43,075 bases of DNA from positions 1-43,075 of the IMG/VR virus record IMGVR_UViG_3300033417_000020; one strand, 5' to 3'. Shown here piece by piece: positions 8,303 to 17,805 of this stretch. The stretch's first letter is position 1. The number at the start of each line of letters is the position of its first letter. The DNA is from a virus. Its lineage: Duplodnaviria; Caudoviricetes. The position numbers and the translations under genes are program-made. Below the pieces are notes generated by a model. The model searched no databases, was not told where the DNA came from, and was given only the letters and a program-made list of their open reading frames with translations.

Positions 8303-8537
8303 CGATCGACTGCTCCTGCGGTGCCGCGTTTGCCTAGATACCACGCTCCTCGCGAAGTGGTGGGGTAACGGTTTCTCTGCAGCCCAGCGTGAGGATACGC
8401 TGTTGGCGTTTGTGAAGAAGCACTGGCTCTGTGAGGGCAACAGCACGAAGGCTGGAGTAGCAGATATGTTCGAGCTTCTAGACGAGCGCGCACTCGCTGC
8501 ACCCTACCCAACTTCCGTGCCAGCGGGTCCTTCCTGA
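8295..8537 (+). CDS. Hypothetical protein
   Basis: Overlaps the methyltransferase stop region and carries a CRVC motif. Confidence 0.45.
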   Translation: MANDRLLLRCRVCLDTTLLAKWWGNGFSAAQREDTLLAFVKKHWLCEGNSTKAGVADMFELLDERALAAPYPTSVPAGPS

Positions 8538-8590
8538 GCCCGTCAACGCGGGTAACCGCAGACGGCACTACTTTACTAGATAAAGTGATT
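8525..8590 (+). promoter_or_regulatory. Putative cos packaging region (cosQ-like GGGTCCT)
   Basis: GGGTCCTTCC (8525-8534) matches lambda cosQ GGGTCCT. It is followed by CGCGGG and an AT-rich inverted repeat ACTTTA/TAAAGT (8570-8586), immediately before the small terminase. Confidence 0.5.
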
Positions 8591-8613
8591 TTTGGTAGAG
8601 GGTTTCGGTAGGA

Positions 8614-9000
8614 ATGGCCAGACCACGGAAGAACTCTGCGCAAGACGGGCTAACGGCGGCGCGACGGCGGAAAATGGTCGCCGATGCGAAGCTCGCCGAA
8701 CTCTCCCTCTTGGAGCGGGAGGGGAAGTCGCTGCCGCTCGAATCGTTCAAGCGCCTGCTCGGGCTGGTGGTGGCCGAGCTGCGGGCGCGGATCACGGCGT
8801 TCCCGGGCAAGTACGCGCCGCGCATCGTCGGGCTAAAATCCATCGGCCAAGCCCAGGCCATTCTCGAGGAGATCGCCAACGACTTTCTAGCGACGCTCCG
8901 ACAAGCAGGAGGGGATGTTCGGGATGTTGCAACTCGCGGAAGTGAACGCGCTCAACCTCGCCGCCGCGGTCGTCCACGCGGGCCTACCGCCCGCCCCTAA
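8614..9000 (+). CDS. Terminase small subunit (Nu1-like)
   Basis: ADAKLAELSLLEREGKSLP...ELRARITAFPGKYAP coiled region, overlapping the large subunit. Confidence 0.75.
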   Translation: MARPRKNSAQDGLTAARRRKMVADAKLAELSLLEREGKSLPLESFKRLLGLVVAELRARITAFPGKYAPRIVGLKSIGQAQAILEEIANDFLATLRQAGGDVRDVATRGSERAQPRRRGRPRGPTARP

Positions 9001-10810
9001 ACTCACCGTCTCGGAGTGGGCGAACGCCAACCGGATTCTCACGGGGCACGCCTCGGCCGAACCCGGTGAATGGCGAACGGATCGGGCTCCCTACCAGCAG
9101 GAGATGATGGACGTCTTCACCGACCCCATGGTAGAGGCGGTCGTGTTTATGTGCGCCTCGCAGATCGGAAAGACGGAGATCGTCAATAACATCGTCGGCT
9201 ACTACATCGACCAGGACCCAGCGCCGATCCTGGTCGTGCAGCCGAACGTGGACCCCATGGCCAGGACGTGGAGCACCGACCGACTGGCCCCCATGCTGGC
9301 GGCGGCGGCCTGTTTGCGGGGCAAAGTCTCAGACCCCAAGTCCCGGGACACCTCGAACACCGTGCTGCACAAAGTCTTCCCCGGTGGGCATATCACCGTC
9401 ATCGGCGCGAACTCGCCGTCGGGACTCGCCTCTCGACCGATCCGCATCGTGCTGTTTGAGGAGATCGACCGCTACGATGAATCCATCAGCACGGAAGGCG
9501 ATCCGATCAAGCTCGGGGAGCAGCGGGCGGCGAACTTCTGGAACCGCAAGACCCTGAAGAACTCCACGCCAACGCTCAAGGGATTCTCACGGATCGAGAA
9601 GGAGTATGCGAAGTCTGACCAGCGGCGGTATCACGTTCCCTGCCCCGCCTGTGGCGCGTTCCAGGTGCTCATCTGGAAGAACCTCCACTGGGAGGAGGGA
9701 CAGCCGGAGACGGCGGCCTATGCGTGCGACCACTGCGGAACGCTCATCGCTGAGATCGACAAAGCCCAGCTGTTGGCGGGAGGAAAGTGGATCCCCGAAA
9801 ATCCCGGTTCGCGGATTCCGGGTTTTCACATCAACGCGCTCTATTCGCCGTGGCAGCGGTGGGGGAAGCTCGCGGCCGAGTGGCTGGATTGCCAGCAGGA
9901 ACTCGGCGCCCTTCAGGCGTTCATCAATCTGAAGCTCGGTGAGACGTGGGAGGAACGTGGCGGGATGGACACCGATGACTTGGAGGGCCGCAAGGAAGCC
10001 TATGTGGCTGACGTCCCGGCCGGCGTGGGACTGTTGACCGCAGGGGTGGACGTCCAGGACGACCGGCTGGAAGTCATCATCCGTGGCTGGGGGCACGGGG
10101 AGGAGTCCTGGCTCATCACGCGGACGATCATCCTCGGGGATCCGAGTGGGGAGAGCAAAGACAGAACGAAGCCCTCGGTCTGGGCGCAGCTCGACACCCT
10201 CCTCCACACGGACTGGCGACACGAAGCAGGGGCCACGATTCGCGTCGACACGACCTGCGTGGACTCTGGCGCGCACACCGACGCGGTCTACCGCTTCTGC
10301 AAACCTCGCTACGGGTTTCGAGTGTTCGCCACGAAGGGGTACTCGGGGCCCGGTCATCCCATCGTGAATCACAAGCCATCCGTCAGCAACCGGGGCCGCG
10401 TGCGGCTGTTCTTCGTCGGGACCGACGCGGCGAAGGACTCGGTCTACGGGCGGCTGCGCATCTCGACCCCCGGGCCGCAGTTCATGCACTTTCCACTCGC
10501 GGCGGATGCCGATTACTTCGACCAGCTCGTCGCGGAGAAGGTGGTCAAGGAAATGGTGAACGGTCGCTGGTTCCGGCGCTACAAGCTGCCCCGCGGCCGG
10601 CGCAACGAGGTGCTGGACTGTGAGGTGCTGGCGCTCGTGGCGCTCGAGCTGTCGAGCGCGCGGAAGGAGCAGCTGGGGGTGCTGGCTCGGCGATTGGGCG
10701 GCGCACCCGCGCCTGCCGTCCCGGAGCCGCCCCCGACGACGATGGCGGCAGAGAAGCTGAAGAAGATGCGCCGGACCCCGAAGCGGCGGAACTGGATCAA
10801 CGACTACTAG
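8915..10810 (+). CDS. Terminase large subunit, lambda GpA family
   Basis: TVSEWA, WRTDRAPYQ, ASQIGKTE (Walker A), LASRPIRIVLFEEIDRY (Walker B), STPT, LTAGVDVQDDRLE, RNEVLDC. Start may be ATG 8924. Confidence 0.95.
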   Translation: MFGMLQLAEVNALNLAAAVVHAGLPPAPKLTVSEWANANRILTGHASAEPGEWRTDRAPYQQEMMDVFTDPMVEAVVFMCASQIGKTEIVNNIVGYYIDQDPAPILVVQPNVDPMARTWSTDRLAPMLAAAACLRGKVSDPKSRDTSNTVLHKVFPGGHITVIGANSPSGLASRPIRIVLFEEIDRYDESISTEGDPIKLGEQRAANFWNRKTLKNSTPTLKGFSRIEKEYAKSDQRRYHVPCPACGAFQVLIWKNLHWEEGQPETAAYACDHCGTLIAEIDKAQLLAGGKWIPENPGSRIPGFHINALYSPWQRWGKLAAEWLDCQQELGALQAFINLKLGETWEERGGMDTDDLEGRKEAYVADVPAGVGLLTAGVDVQDDRLEVIIRGWGHGEESWLITRTIILGDPSGESKDRTKPSVWAQLDTLLHTDWRHEAGATIRVDTTCVDSGAHTDAVYRFCKPRYGFRVFATKGYSGPGHPIVNHKPSVSNRGRVRLFFVGTDAAKDSVYGRLRISTPGPQFMHFPLAADADYFDQLVAEKVVKEMVNGRWFRRYKLPRGRRNEVLDCEVLALVALELSSARKEQLGVLARRLGGAPAPAVPEPPPTTMAAEKLKKMRRTPKRRNWINDY

Positions 10811-10839
10811 TGGCGCTAGTGAGGTGCTCCACCTAAGTT
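10811..10839 (+). promoter_or_regulatory. Putative sigma70-type promoter
   Basis: TGGCGC-N17-TAAGTT in the intergenic gap after terL. Confidence 0.35.
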
Positions 10840-10857
10840 AGAGACTGATGCACGACC

Positions 10858-10892
10858 GCCCCCTGGGGATGTCCCCGGGGGGCTTTTTCGTT
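10858..10892 (+). terminator. Intrinsic terminator-like hairpin
   Basis: GCCCCCTGGGG-ATGT-CCCCGGGGGGC followed by TTTTTCGTT. Confidence 0.7.
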
Positions 10893-11472
10893 GGGGGGAT
10901 CTCTGCACAACGAACGACCGGCTTCCGAACCAACGGTCGCCCGCGCGGGCGATACCTGGGCGTGGACGAAGCACGTCCCCGGCCATCTGTCGGGGGACGG
11001 CTGGACCTTGAAGTATGCCTTCCACAACGTCGGCTCGGCCTCCGCCACGGGGACGAAGCTCGAGATCACCGCTGGCGCCAACCCCAACGGCGTCGACCAT
11101 GACGTCGATGTCACGGCCGCCAATACCGCGGCCCTCGTGCCCGGCAACTGGAAGTGGGTGGCCTACGTCGAGTCGGGGACGCAACGCTACACTGTCGACA
11201 ATGGCGTGCTCTTCCTCGAGCCGAACCTCGCGACGGCCGGCGCCGGCACCCAGCAGACCCACAACGAGAAGATGCTCGCGGCGATCCAGTCTGTGCTCGA
11301 GGGCCGGGCGGCTGCGGACATCGAGTCCTATCAGATCGCTGGCCGCGCCGTGAGCAAGATCCCCGTCGCCGAGCTCGTGAAATGGCACAACGTGTACCTC
11401 GTGCGCGTGCAGCGCGAGCGGAACCCGCAGCAGTTCGGCACGATGCATCTCACCACGTTCGTGCGGCCCTGA
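10891..11472 (+). CDS. Head-tail joining protein (gpW-like with N-terminal extension)
   Basis: IESYQIAGRAVSKIPVAEL motif, located between terL and portal. Start codon is uncertain. Confidence 0.65.
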   Translation: MGGSLHNERPASEPTVARAGDTWAWTKHVPGHLSGDGWTLKYAFHNVGSASATGTKLEITAGANPNGVDHDVDVTAANTAALVPGNWKWVAYVESGTQRYTVDNGVLFLEPNLATAGAGTQQTHNEKMLAAIQSVLEGRAAADIESYQIAGRAVSKIPVAELVKWHNVYLVRVQRERNPQQFGTMHLTTFVRP

Positions 11473-13070
11473 TGGCCCGGCGCCGCCTGCCGCCCGCCCC
11501 GCTCCGCAAACTGCTCTGGTGGGAGCGCCTGGCCCCCGCGCCCGTCCAGGCGATGGCGCAGCGCGCGGTCATCGGCCTCGAGGGCGGCGGCACCTCTGGG
11601 TGGTCGGGCTTTGCCGGGGCGCGGATCAGCCGGCTGCTGATGGACTGGGTGATGGGGACGCTCTCGGCCGACAAGGAGATTCAGGGCGACCTCTTGATCC
11701 TGCGGGCCCGCTCGCGCGAGCTCTGCCGGAACTCCGCCTACGCGAAACGCTTCCTGCAGCTGCTGCGCGCCAACGTCGTCGGCCCGATGGGGATCCGGCT
11801 GCAGGCGCGGATCCGCTCCGCGGACGGCCGGCCATTCCAGACCGTGAACGCCACGATCGAGGACGGCTGGGCGCGCTGGTGCCTGCGCTGCACAGTGGAC
11901 GGCCGGCACTCCTTCCGCGACGTGCAGGGGTTGCTCGCCACGTCGCTCGGGCAGGATGGCGAGTTCATCCTCCGCTTCGTCCGCGGGTTCGACAATCCGT
12001 TCCGCTTCGCGCTCCAGCTCATCGACCCCGATCTCCTGGACGTGACCTACAACATCCCCCGCGGGAACGGCCAGAACGAAGTGCGCATGGGGGTCGAGAT
12101 CGACCAGTGGGGCAAGCCAGTGCGCTACTGGCTCTGGAATCGCCACCCGTCCGAGACAGGCCTCGACCGCAAGCGCGAGCCGGTGGCGGCGGCCGACATC
12201 ATCCACGACTTCCTCCCCCTGCGCGTGAATCAGACGCGCGGGGTGCCCTGGTTCCACCCGGTGCTCGTGCCGCACAAGATGCTCGAGGGTTACCAGGAGG
12301 CGGAGCTCGTCGCCGCCCGCACCGCCGCCGCGAAGCCGATCTTCTACGAAACGACGCCTGACGCGGCGATCACCGGCACGCAAGACGAGGCCATCGACTC
12401 CGTGCCCGAGGAGATCGCGCCGGGCATGGCGCACGAGCTGCCGCCCGGCTACAAGGCGGTCCAGAACGATCCCACACATCCGACGCAGGCGTATGGCGAC
12501 TTCGTGTCCTCGATCCTGCGGTCGATCGCCGCGGGACTCGGGGTCTCCTATCACTCGCTCGCGAATGACCTCTCGGGTGTGAACTACTCCTCGGCGCGCG
12601 TCGGGGAGCTCGCCGACCGGGACGAGTGGCGCGCGCTGCAGCAGTGGATGGTCGAGCACGTGCATACGCGCGTCTATGAGGAGTGGCTCAAGATCGCCCT
12701 GCTCACGGGCGAGCTGCCGGGGCTCTCCGTCGATCCGCGGAACTACCTCCGGGTCGCGTGGCGTCCCCGCGGGTGGGCCTGGGTGGATCCGCGCAACGAG
12801 CTCGACGCCTCGGAGAAGGAACTGGCGCTCGGGTTGAACTCGCGCACCCGGCAAGCCGCGGAGCAGGGGCGCGACTTCGAGGAGATCCTCGAGGACTTGG
12901 AGGAGGAGCAGAAGCTTGCCGCGGAGCACGGGCTGATCCTCGGGCCGGTGGGTGGGCAGACCCCTGGGCCGAACCAGCAGGGCCTCAAAGAGGACGACGC
13001 GGTCACTGGGGCCGACAAGCAGGGGAATGGAAACGGCAACCGCGTCGCCGCTCATTTGAGGGAGGGCTAG
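11472..13070 (+). CDS. Portal protein, lambda family
   Basis: LRARSRELCRNS, MGVEIDQWGKPVRYW, QTRGVPWF, DLSGVNYSSAR, PRGWAWVDP. ATG at 11472. Confidence 0.95.
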   Translation: MARRRLPPAPLRKLLWWERLAPAPVQAMAQRAVIGLEGGGTSGWSGFAGARISRLLMDWVMGTLSADKEIQGDLLILRARSRELCRNSAYAKRFLQLLRANVVGPMGIRLQARIRSADGRPFQTVNATIEDGWARWCLRCTVDGRHSFRDVQGLLATSLGQDGEFILRFVRGFDNPFRFALQLIDPDLLDVTYNIPRGNGQNEVRMGVEIDQWGKPVRYWLWNRHPSETGLDRKREPVAAADIIHDFLPLRVNQTRGVPWFHPVLVPHKMLEGYQEAELVAARTAAAKPIFYETTPDAAITGTQDEAIDSVPEEIAPGMAHELPPGYKAVQNDPTHPTQAYGDFVSSILRSIAAGLGVSYHSLANDLSGVNYSSARVGELADRDEWRALQQWMVEHVHTRVYEEWLKIALLTGELPGLSVDPRNYLRVAWRPRGWAWVDPRNELDASEKELALGLNSRTRQAAEQGRDFEEILEDLEEEQKLAAEHGLILGPVGGQTPGPNQQGLKEDDAVTGADKQGNGNGNRVAAHLREG

Positions 13071-13074
13071 GCCC

Positions 13075-13506
13075 ATGGCCGCCTACAACAAGTTCCAGGA
13101 CTTCATCGAGCAGGTGTTCCTCGGCAAGCACATCGTCGGCACGCATGTCTTCAAGCTCTACCTGTCGAATGAACTGCCCCTCGCCGCCGACACCGTCAAA
13201 CTGGACATCGCCGACATCACCGCCGGGAACGGGTACACGGCTGGGGGCACGGATGCCGCGCTCACCGAAGCCGAAGCATCTGGCACGCTCACTGTCACGG
13301 GCACGTCGATTCTCTGGACAGCTACGGGCGGCACGATCGGGCCGTTCCAGTACGCCGTGCTCTACAACGACACGCAGACCGCGCCGGCCGATCCGCTGGT
13401 GTCTTGGTGGGACCGCGGCGCCGCGCTGACGTTGCAGGATGGCGAGTCGTTCCGCTGGAAGCCCAACAACTCGGCGACGACGGGCACCGTCTTCACGGCG
13501 GCATGA
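13075..13506 (+). CDS. Virion structural protein (head accessory)
   Basis: FKLYLSN...ITAGNGYTAGG...GPFQYAVLYNDT beta-rich pattern with SD GGAGGG. Confidence 0.6.
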   Translation: MAAYNKFQDFIEQVFLGKHIVGTHVFKLYLSNELPLAADTVKLDIADITAGNGYTAGGTDAALTEAEASGTLTVTGTSILWTATGGTIGPFQYAVLYNDTQTAPADPLVSWWDRGAALTLQDGESFRWKPNNSATTGTVFTAA

Positions 13507-13742
13507 CGGTCGGCGAGCGGGTCTATCGCTGGGGCTGGCGGCTGGCGAACTGCCTGCGGGTGCGCCTGGGTTGCCCCGCCATCCCGAAGCGGTGCTGCCG
13601 GAATCCTCGCAACCTCGGGCCGGTCATCACGGACACGGCCAACGCGCAGGGCACGCTGACGTATCGGCGCTGCCAGGTTTGCGCCTGTCGGCACTTCGAG
13701 TTGACCGCTGCGCCGGGACACTTCGGCGTCACGGGGGCCTAG
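13503..13742 (+). CDS. Small Cys-rich protein
   Basis: ATGA-coupled. CCRNP...CQVCACRHFEL. Confidence 0.5.
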   Translation: MTVGERVYRWGWRLANCLRVRLGCPAIPKRCCRNPRNLGPVITDTANAQGTLTYRRCQVCACRHFELTAAPGHFGVTGA

Positions 13743-13743
13743 C

Positions 13744-13995
13744 GTGGAATGGGAGGCTTATCTCGCCGGCGGCGAAGTGGTCACGTCGCAGGAGCGTCCG
13801 TGGGTGGACGTGCCGCCGCGCATCCTCGTGGTGCGGTCGTGGGACGGCCCCCGCAAGGGGATCCACTGGGGCGACAGTCTCTACGGCGACCCGGCTACGT
13901 GGGTCGCGGGGGTGATCGTGTCTGACGGGGAGTTCACGCGGACGATGGAGCGCGCGCGCCGCAACGTCCTTCCACCCTCGCGACGGGGCGCCTAA
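13744..13995 (+). CDS. Hypothetical protein
   Basis: Fills the gap between coupled genes. Confidence 0.55.
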   Translation: MEWEAYLAGGEVVTSQERPWVDVPPRILVVRSWDGPRKGIHWGDSLYGDPATWVAGVIVSDGEFTRTMERARRNVLPPSRRGA

Positions 13996-13998
13996 CTC

Positions 13999-15249
13999 GT
14001 GTCCGTTATCACCCTTCGCCCCTCGGGCGACGGCACGACGACCGGGTGGTCGGTCACCGGCGGCACGGGATCGCACGCCTCCGCCATCGTGGACGATCCC
14101 GATGCGAACGATGGGGACACGTCCTACGTCCTGAGCCCAAACGCGCTCGACGGCACGATGTTCGTGGACCTGGACGACGTGCCGGCGGACTTCGACCCGG
14201 CCGCCATCAACAGCATCACCATCAAGGTGGCGCATCGGCGGCTGAACACGCCGGTCATGGCGGTCGATCTCGGGACGGTCAACGCCTTCCTGACCCGCGC
14301 CGACGAGCTAACGGCGATCAGCACCACCCCTACAGCGGTCAGTTCCCCGATTCAGGCGGGCTACCTGCTGACGAGTTTCACCCCGAGCCCGACGGGCACG
14401 CACACGGTCGCGGAGTGGAATGGGGCGCGGCTGGCGTTGGTGTTCGACCACACCAGCAGCCAGACCATCGACACGGTCAATCAGAGCCGCATCACGGCGG
14501 CGGAAGTCGTCATCGACTACACGCCCGCGGCCCCCCAGGTCTTCGACTTGGACGCGCAGCCCGGTTCCTACGCTGTAACGGGTGCGGTCGCTGGTCTCGT
14601 GGCAAACTTCGTGCTCGCCGCCGAGGTCGCGGCCTATGCGCTGACCGGAGCGGTTGCGACGTTCGGCGTCGAGCAGAACAACGCGCCAGGCAGCTATAGC
14701 GTCTCGGGCGCGGCGGGGGGGTTCGTCGCCAGTTACGTCGAGAACGCGGTGCCGGGTTCCTATGCCCTGACGGGTCAGGCGGCGACGTTCGCCCTCGAGT
14801 TCCCGGCGACCGCTGGGGTCTACAGCCAGACGGGCGTCGTCGCCGATCTCGAATACACGCCCCTCGGGCCGGCGGAGTTCCCGCTCGATGCCCAGCCTGG
14901 CGCGTACAGTCTGACCGGCGCCCCTGCCGGCCTCGTGGCGGCGTATCTGTTCCCCGCCGATCCTGGGAGCTACAGCGTCACCGGCGTCACGGCCGGGCTG
15001 GTGGCTGGATATGTCGTCGAAGCCGTGCCCGGGGTGTACCTCCTCACCGGGACCGCAGCGGAGTTCGCCTTCCTGGCGGGCGGGGCCTTCGAGCTGGATG
15101 CCGCCCCCGGCGTGTACGTCGTGACCGGGTATGCGGACGGCGCGGTGATTGTCGAGCCCGTGACCGGCACCGCCCGCTACCGGGTGACCCAGGGTCTCGT
15201 GGCTCGCACGCTCATTGCCAAAGTGGGCGGGCGGTCGCGGAACGTGTAG
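13999..15249 (+). CDS. Putative head fibre/decoration protein with PGxYxxTG repeats
   Basis: Thr/Ala/Gly-rich. About 9 imperfect (P/A)G(S/V/A)Y(A/S/V)(L/V)TG repeats in the C-terminal half. Confidence 0.6.
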   Translation: MSVITLRPSGDGTTTGWSVTGGTGSHASAIVDDPDANDGDTSYVLSPNALDGTMFVDLDDVPADFDPAAINSITIKVAHRRLNTPVMAVDLGTVNAFLTRADELTAISTTPTAVSSPIQAGYLLTSFTPSPTGTHTVAEWNGARLALVFDHTSSQTIDTVNQSRITAAEVVIDYTPAAPQVFDLDAQPGSYAVTGAVAGLVANFVLAAEVAAYALTGAVATFGVEQNNAPGSYSVSGAAGGFVASYVENAVPGSYALTGQAATFALEFPATAGVYSQTGVVADLEYTPLGPAEFPLDAQPGAYSLTGAPAGLVAAYLFPADPGSYSVTGVTAGLVAGYVVEAVPGVYLLTGTAAEFAFLAGGAFELDAAPGVYVVTGYADGAVIVEPVTGTARYRVTQGLVARTLIAKVGGRSRNV

Positions 15250-15254
15250 GGGCG

Positions 15255-15283
15255 TTGCGCGAATCGCCGCCCGGCGTTACCGT
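15255..15283 (+). promoter_or_regulatory. Putative sigma70-type promoter
   Basis: TTGCGC-N17-TACCGT upstream of the capsid gene. Confidence 0.45.
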
Positions 15284-15348
15284 AGAGGCAACGTAGGACA
15301 CCATCGCCCTCGGGGGCTCATCCCTCCGCGGGCGTTTCCGTTGCCGCC

Positions 15349-15382
15349 ACCCCCAGGGGTTCTCCTGGGGGTTTTGTCTTTT
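15349..15382 (+). terminator. Intrinsic terminator-like hairpin
   Basis: Arms ACCCCCAGGG / TCCTGGGGGT followed by TTTGTCTTTT. A second hairpin with a short T run lies at 15306-15342. Confidence 0.65.
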
Positions 15383-15393
15383 CGGGAGTCGAG

Positions 15394-17316
15394 ATGACCA
15401 AGCGTCAAGCGAGTCCCACGCTCTACCGCACCGCGCCCTTGGAAGTCGTGCGCGCGAGCGACGGCAAGAGCGATCCGGAGGTCCGGGTCGCGCTGTCGTC
15501 GGATACGCCGATCGAACGCACTGATTGGTGGGGCGAGCGGTGGATCGAAATCCTCGAGCACTCGAAAGACGCGATCGACTTCTCGCGCGCGAAGCAGGGC
15601 CTCCCCCTCCTCCTGAATCACAACACCAATCAGCAGGTGGGGCGCATCGAGAATCTGAAAGCCGACGAGGACGGCGTCCTCCGCGGGACCGTGCGATTCA
15701 GCCGCGGTGCGCAGGGCCAAGAAGTCCTCCAGGACGTCCTGGACGGGATCCGCGTCGAGACCTCCATCGGCTACACGATCCAGGACCGCAAAGAAGAGCA
15801 GGAGAAAGGCAAGATCCTCACCATCCGCGCCACGCGATGGATGCCGATGGAAGGGTCGCTCGTGCCCGTGCCGGCCGACCATACGGTGGGCGTCGGCCGT
15901 GCCGCAGACCCCCAAGCCCCCGTACCTCTCGAGGAGAAGCGAACCATGGAACCGACCTCCCCTCCGGCCCCGGCCCCAGCCCCGGTCGTGACGGTCGCCG
16001 CGGACGCCGGCGCCGTGGAGCGCACGCGCGTCTCCGAGCTCCGCGCCCTGCAGCGGTCGCACAAGGTCAGCGACGCGAAGTTCGACGAGTGGCACAGCAA
16101 GGGGACGACTGTCGAGCTCGCCACCCGCGAAGTGCTGGCGGGCTACGAGCAGTCGGTGCGGCCGGGCTTCATGGCCTCCGCCGACTCGCCGGTGGTGTCG
16201 ACCGCGGACCTCGAGCGTGGACGGTACTCGCTCTGCCGCGCCCTGTTGGCGATGGCCTCCGGGAAGGAGACCGATCCCCGCAGCATCGCGCCGTTCGAGA
16301 TGGAGGTGCACGACGCGATCGTCGCGGCGCGGGGCCAGCCCAAGAACGCCACTGGGCTCTACGTCCCGGTCAACCTCTGGGTGAAGCCCGCGGGTGCCCA
16401 GGCCATCCGGGAACAGCTCTACTTCCAGCGCGGGGCGCACGAAGTCGCGACCGCCTCGAAGGGCGGCGAGCTCAAGTTCACCGAGCCCGGGCCGTTCATC
16501 GAGCTCCTGCGCAACCGCATCTTCACGCGGGCGCTCGGGGCGCGCTTCCTCGCCGGCCTGAACGGGGACGTCCAGTTCCCGCGTCAGACGGGGGCGCACA
16601 CCGTCGCATGGGTGGGCGAGTCGCCGACGGCCGACGCGTCCGAGTCGAACCTCACGCTCGACAACCTGAACCTCGCGCCGAAGCTCGCGACGGCGACCAC
16701 GTCCTACACGCGGAAGCTCTTGGCGCAGGCGGTCGTGGACATCGACAACCTGATCCGCGACGACTTCGTCCAGGTCTTCGCGATCGAGGCGGACCGGGTC
16801 GGCATCAATGGGCTCGGCACGTCGAACGAGCCGCGCGGCATCCTGAACACGGTCGGCATCGGGTCCGTCGCCGGCGGGACGGACGGTCTCGCGCCGACCT
16901 ACAACCACGCGGTGGATCTCGAAAAAGAGGTGGCGATCGACAACGCCGACCTCGGGTCGCTGGCGTACCTCACGAACCCCAAGGTCCGGGCGGCGCTCAA
17001 GAAGGTGGCGCAGATCAGCGCGACCACCGGCATCCCCGCCTGGTTCAAGGGCGAGCTGAACAGCTACCGCGCCGAGGCGACGAACCAGGTGCCCTCGAAC
17101 CTCACGAAGGGCACGAGCACCACGATCTGCTCCGCGATCATCTTCGGCAACTGGCCGGAGCTGCTGTACGGGCAGTGGGGCGACATGGAGGTCGTGGTCG
17201 ATCCCTACACCCAGGCGCGGCGCGGCAACATCCTGATCACGCCGTACCTGATGCTGGACGTCGGGGTGCGGCACCCGGTCTCCTTCGCGGCCATGAAGGA
17301 CGCGCTGGCGTCCTAA
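15394..17316 (+). CDS. HK97-type prohead protease fused to major capsid protein
   Basis: Protease motifs PLLLNHN, ETSIGY, EGSLVPVPADHTVGVGR. Capsid motifs FIELLRN, FPRQTG, WVGE, EPRGILN, IIFGNW, VRHPVSF. Confidence 0.93.
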   Translation: MTKRQASPTLYRTAPLEVVRASDGKSDPEVRVALSSDTPIERTDWWGERWIEILEHSKDAIDFSRAKQGLPLLLNHNTNQQVGRIENLKADEDGVLRGTVRFSRGAQGQEVLQDVLDGIRVETSIGYTIQDRKEEQEKGKILTIRATRWMPMEGSLVPVPADHTVGVGRAADPQAPVPLEEKRTMEPTSPPAPAPAPVVTVAADAGAVERTRVSELRALQRSHKVSDAKFDEWHSKGTTVELATREVLAGYEQSVRPGFMASADSPVVSTADLERGRYSLCRALLAMASGKETDPRSIAPFEMEVHDAIVAARGQPKNATGLYVPVNLWVKPAGAQAIREQLYFQRGAHEVATASKGGELKFTEPGPFIELLRNRIFTRALGARFLAGLNGDVQFPRQTGAHTVAWVGESPTADASESNLTLDNLNLAPKLATATTSYTRKLLAQAVVDIDNLIRDDFVQVFAIEADRVGINGLGTSNEPRGILNTVGIGSVAGGTDGLAPTYNHAVDLEKEVAIDNADLGSLAYLTNPKVRAALKKVAQISATTGIPAWFKGELNSYRAEATNQVPSNLTKGTSTTICSAIIFGNWPELLYGQWGDMEVVVDPYTQARRGNILITPYLMLDVGVRHPVSFAAMKDALAS

Positions 17317-17528
17317 TGCGGATCCGGATGACGCGAGGGGTTGGCTGGCAGAACGGCCAATCCCTCGACCCCGGCACCGAGCACGACATCCCCGACTACT
17401 GGGCGAAGCAGTTCATCGCGCAGGGTCGGGCGGTGCCGGTGCCGAGCGAGGCGGTCGAGGTGCGGGAGCCCGACGCCGAGCACCGAGACCCTGCGCCGGC
17501 GAGGAAACGTGGCGCTCGGAGACAGTGA
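17316..17528 (+). CDS. Small post-capsid protein
   Basis: TAATG overlap. MRIRMTRGV...AKQFIAQGRAVP pattern is common right after capsid genes. Confidence 0.65.
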   Translation: MRIRMTRGVGWQNGQSLDPGTEHDIPDYWAKQFIAQGRAVPVPSEAVEVREPDAEHRDPAPARKRGARRQ

Positions 17529-17805
17529 CATCACCCCGATCCTCGCAGATCTCAAGGCGCGCGGCGAGGCGGTCGACGTGGTCCTGGGGGGAACGACGAC
17601 GCAAGGCGTCCTCCGGCAGAGCCAGGAGCTCCTGACGGGGGACGGGGGGCAGGTGGAGCGGGTGAGCTTCGTCACGGTCAAGGCGGGGTCGCTGCCCGGG
17701 CTCGCGATCGGGAGCGCGTTGACGGTGGGGGGCGTGAGCCACACGGCGCGGGACGTGGTGCCGGGCGACGATGCGGGGCTGACGGACATCATCATCGCCC
17801 CGTGA
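17509..17805 (+). CDS. Head closure/head-tail joining protein (gpFII-like)
   Basis: GTG at 17509 with SD GAGGA. Size, position and the LAIGSALTVGGVSHT..DVVPGDDAGLT pattern fit. Confidence 0.55.
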   Translation: MALGDSDITPILADLKARGEAVDVVLGGTTTQGVLRQSQELLTGDGGQVERVSFVTVKAGSLPGLAIGSALTVGGVSHTARDVVPGDDAGLTDIIIAP

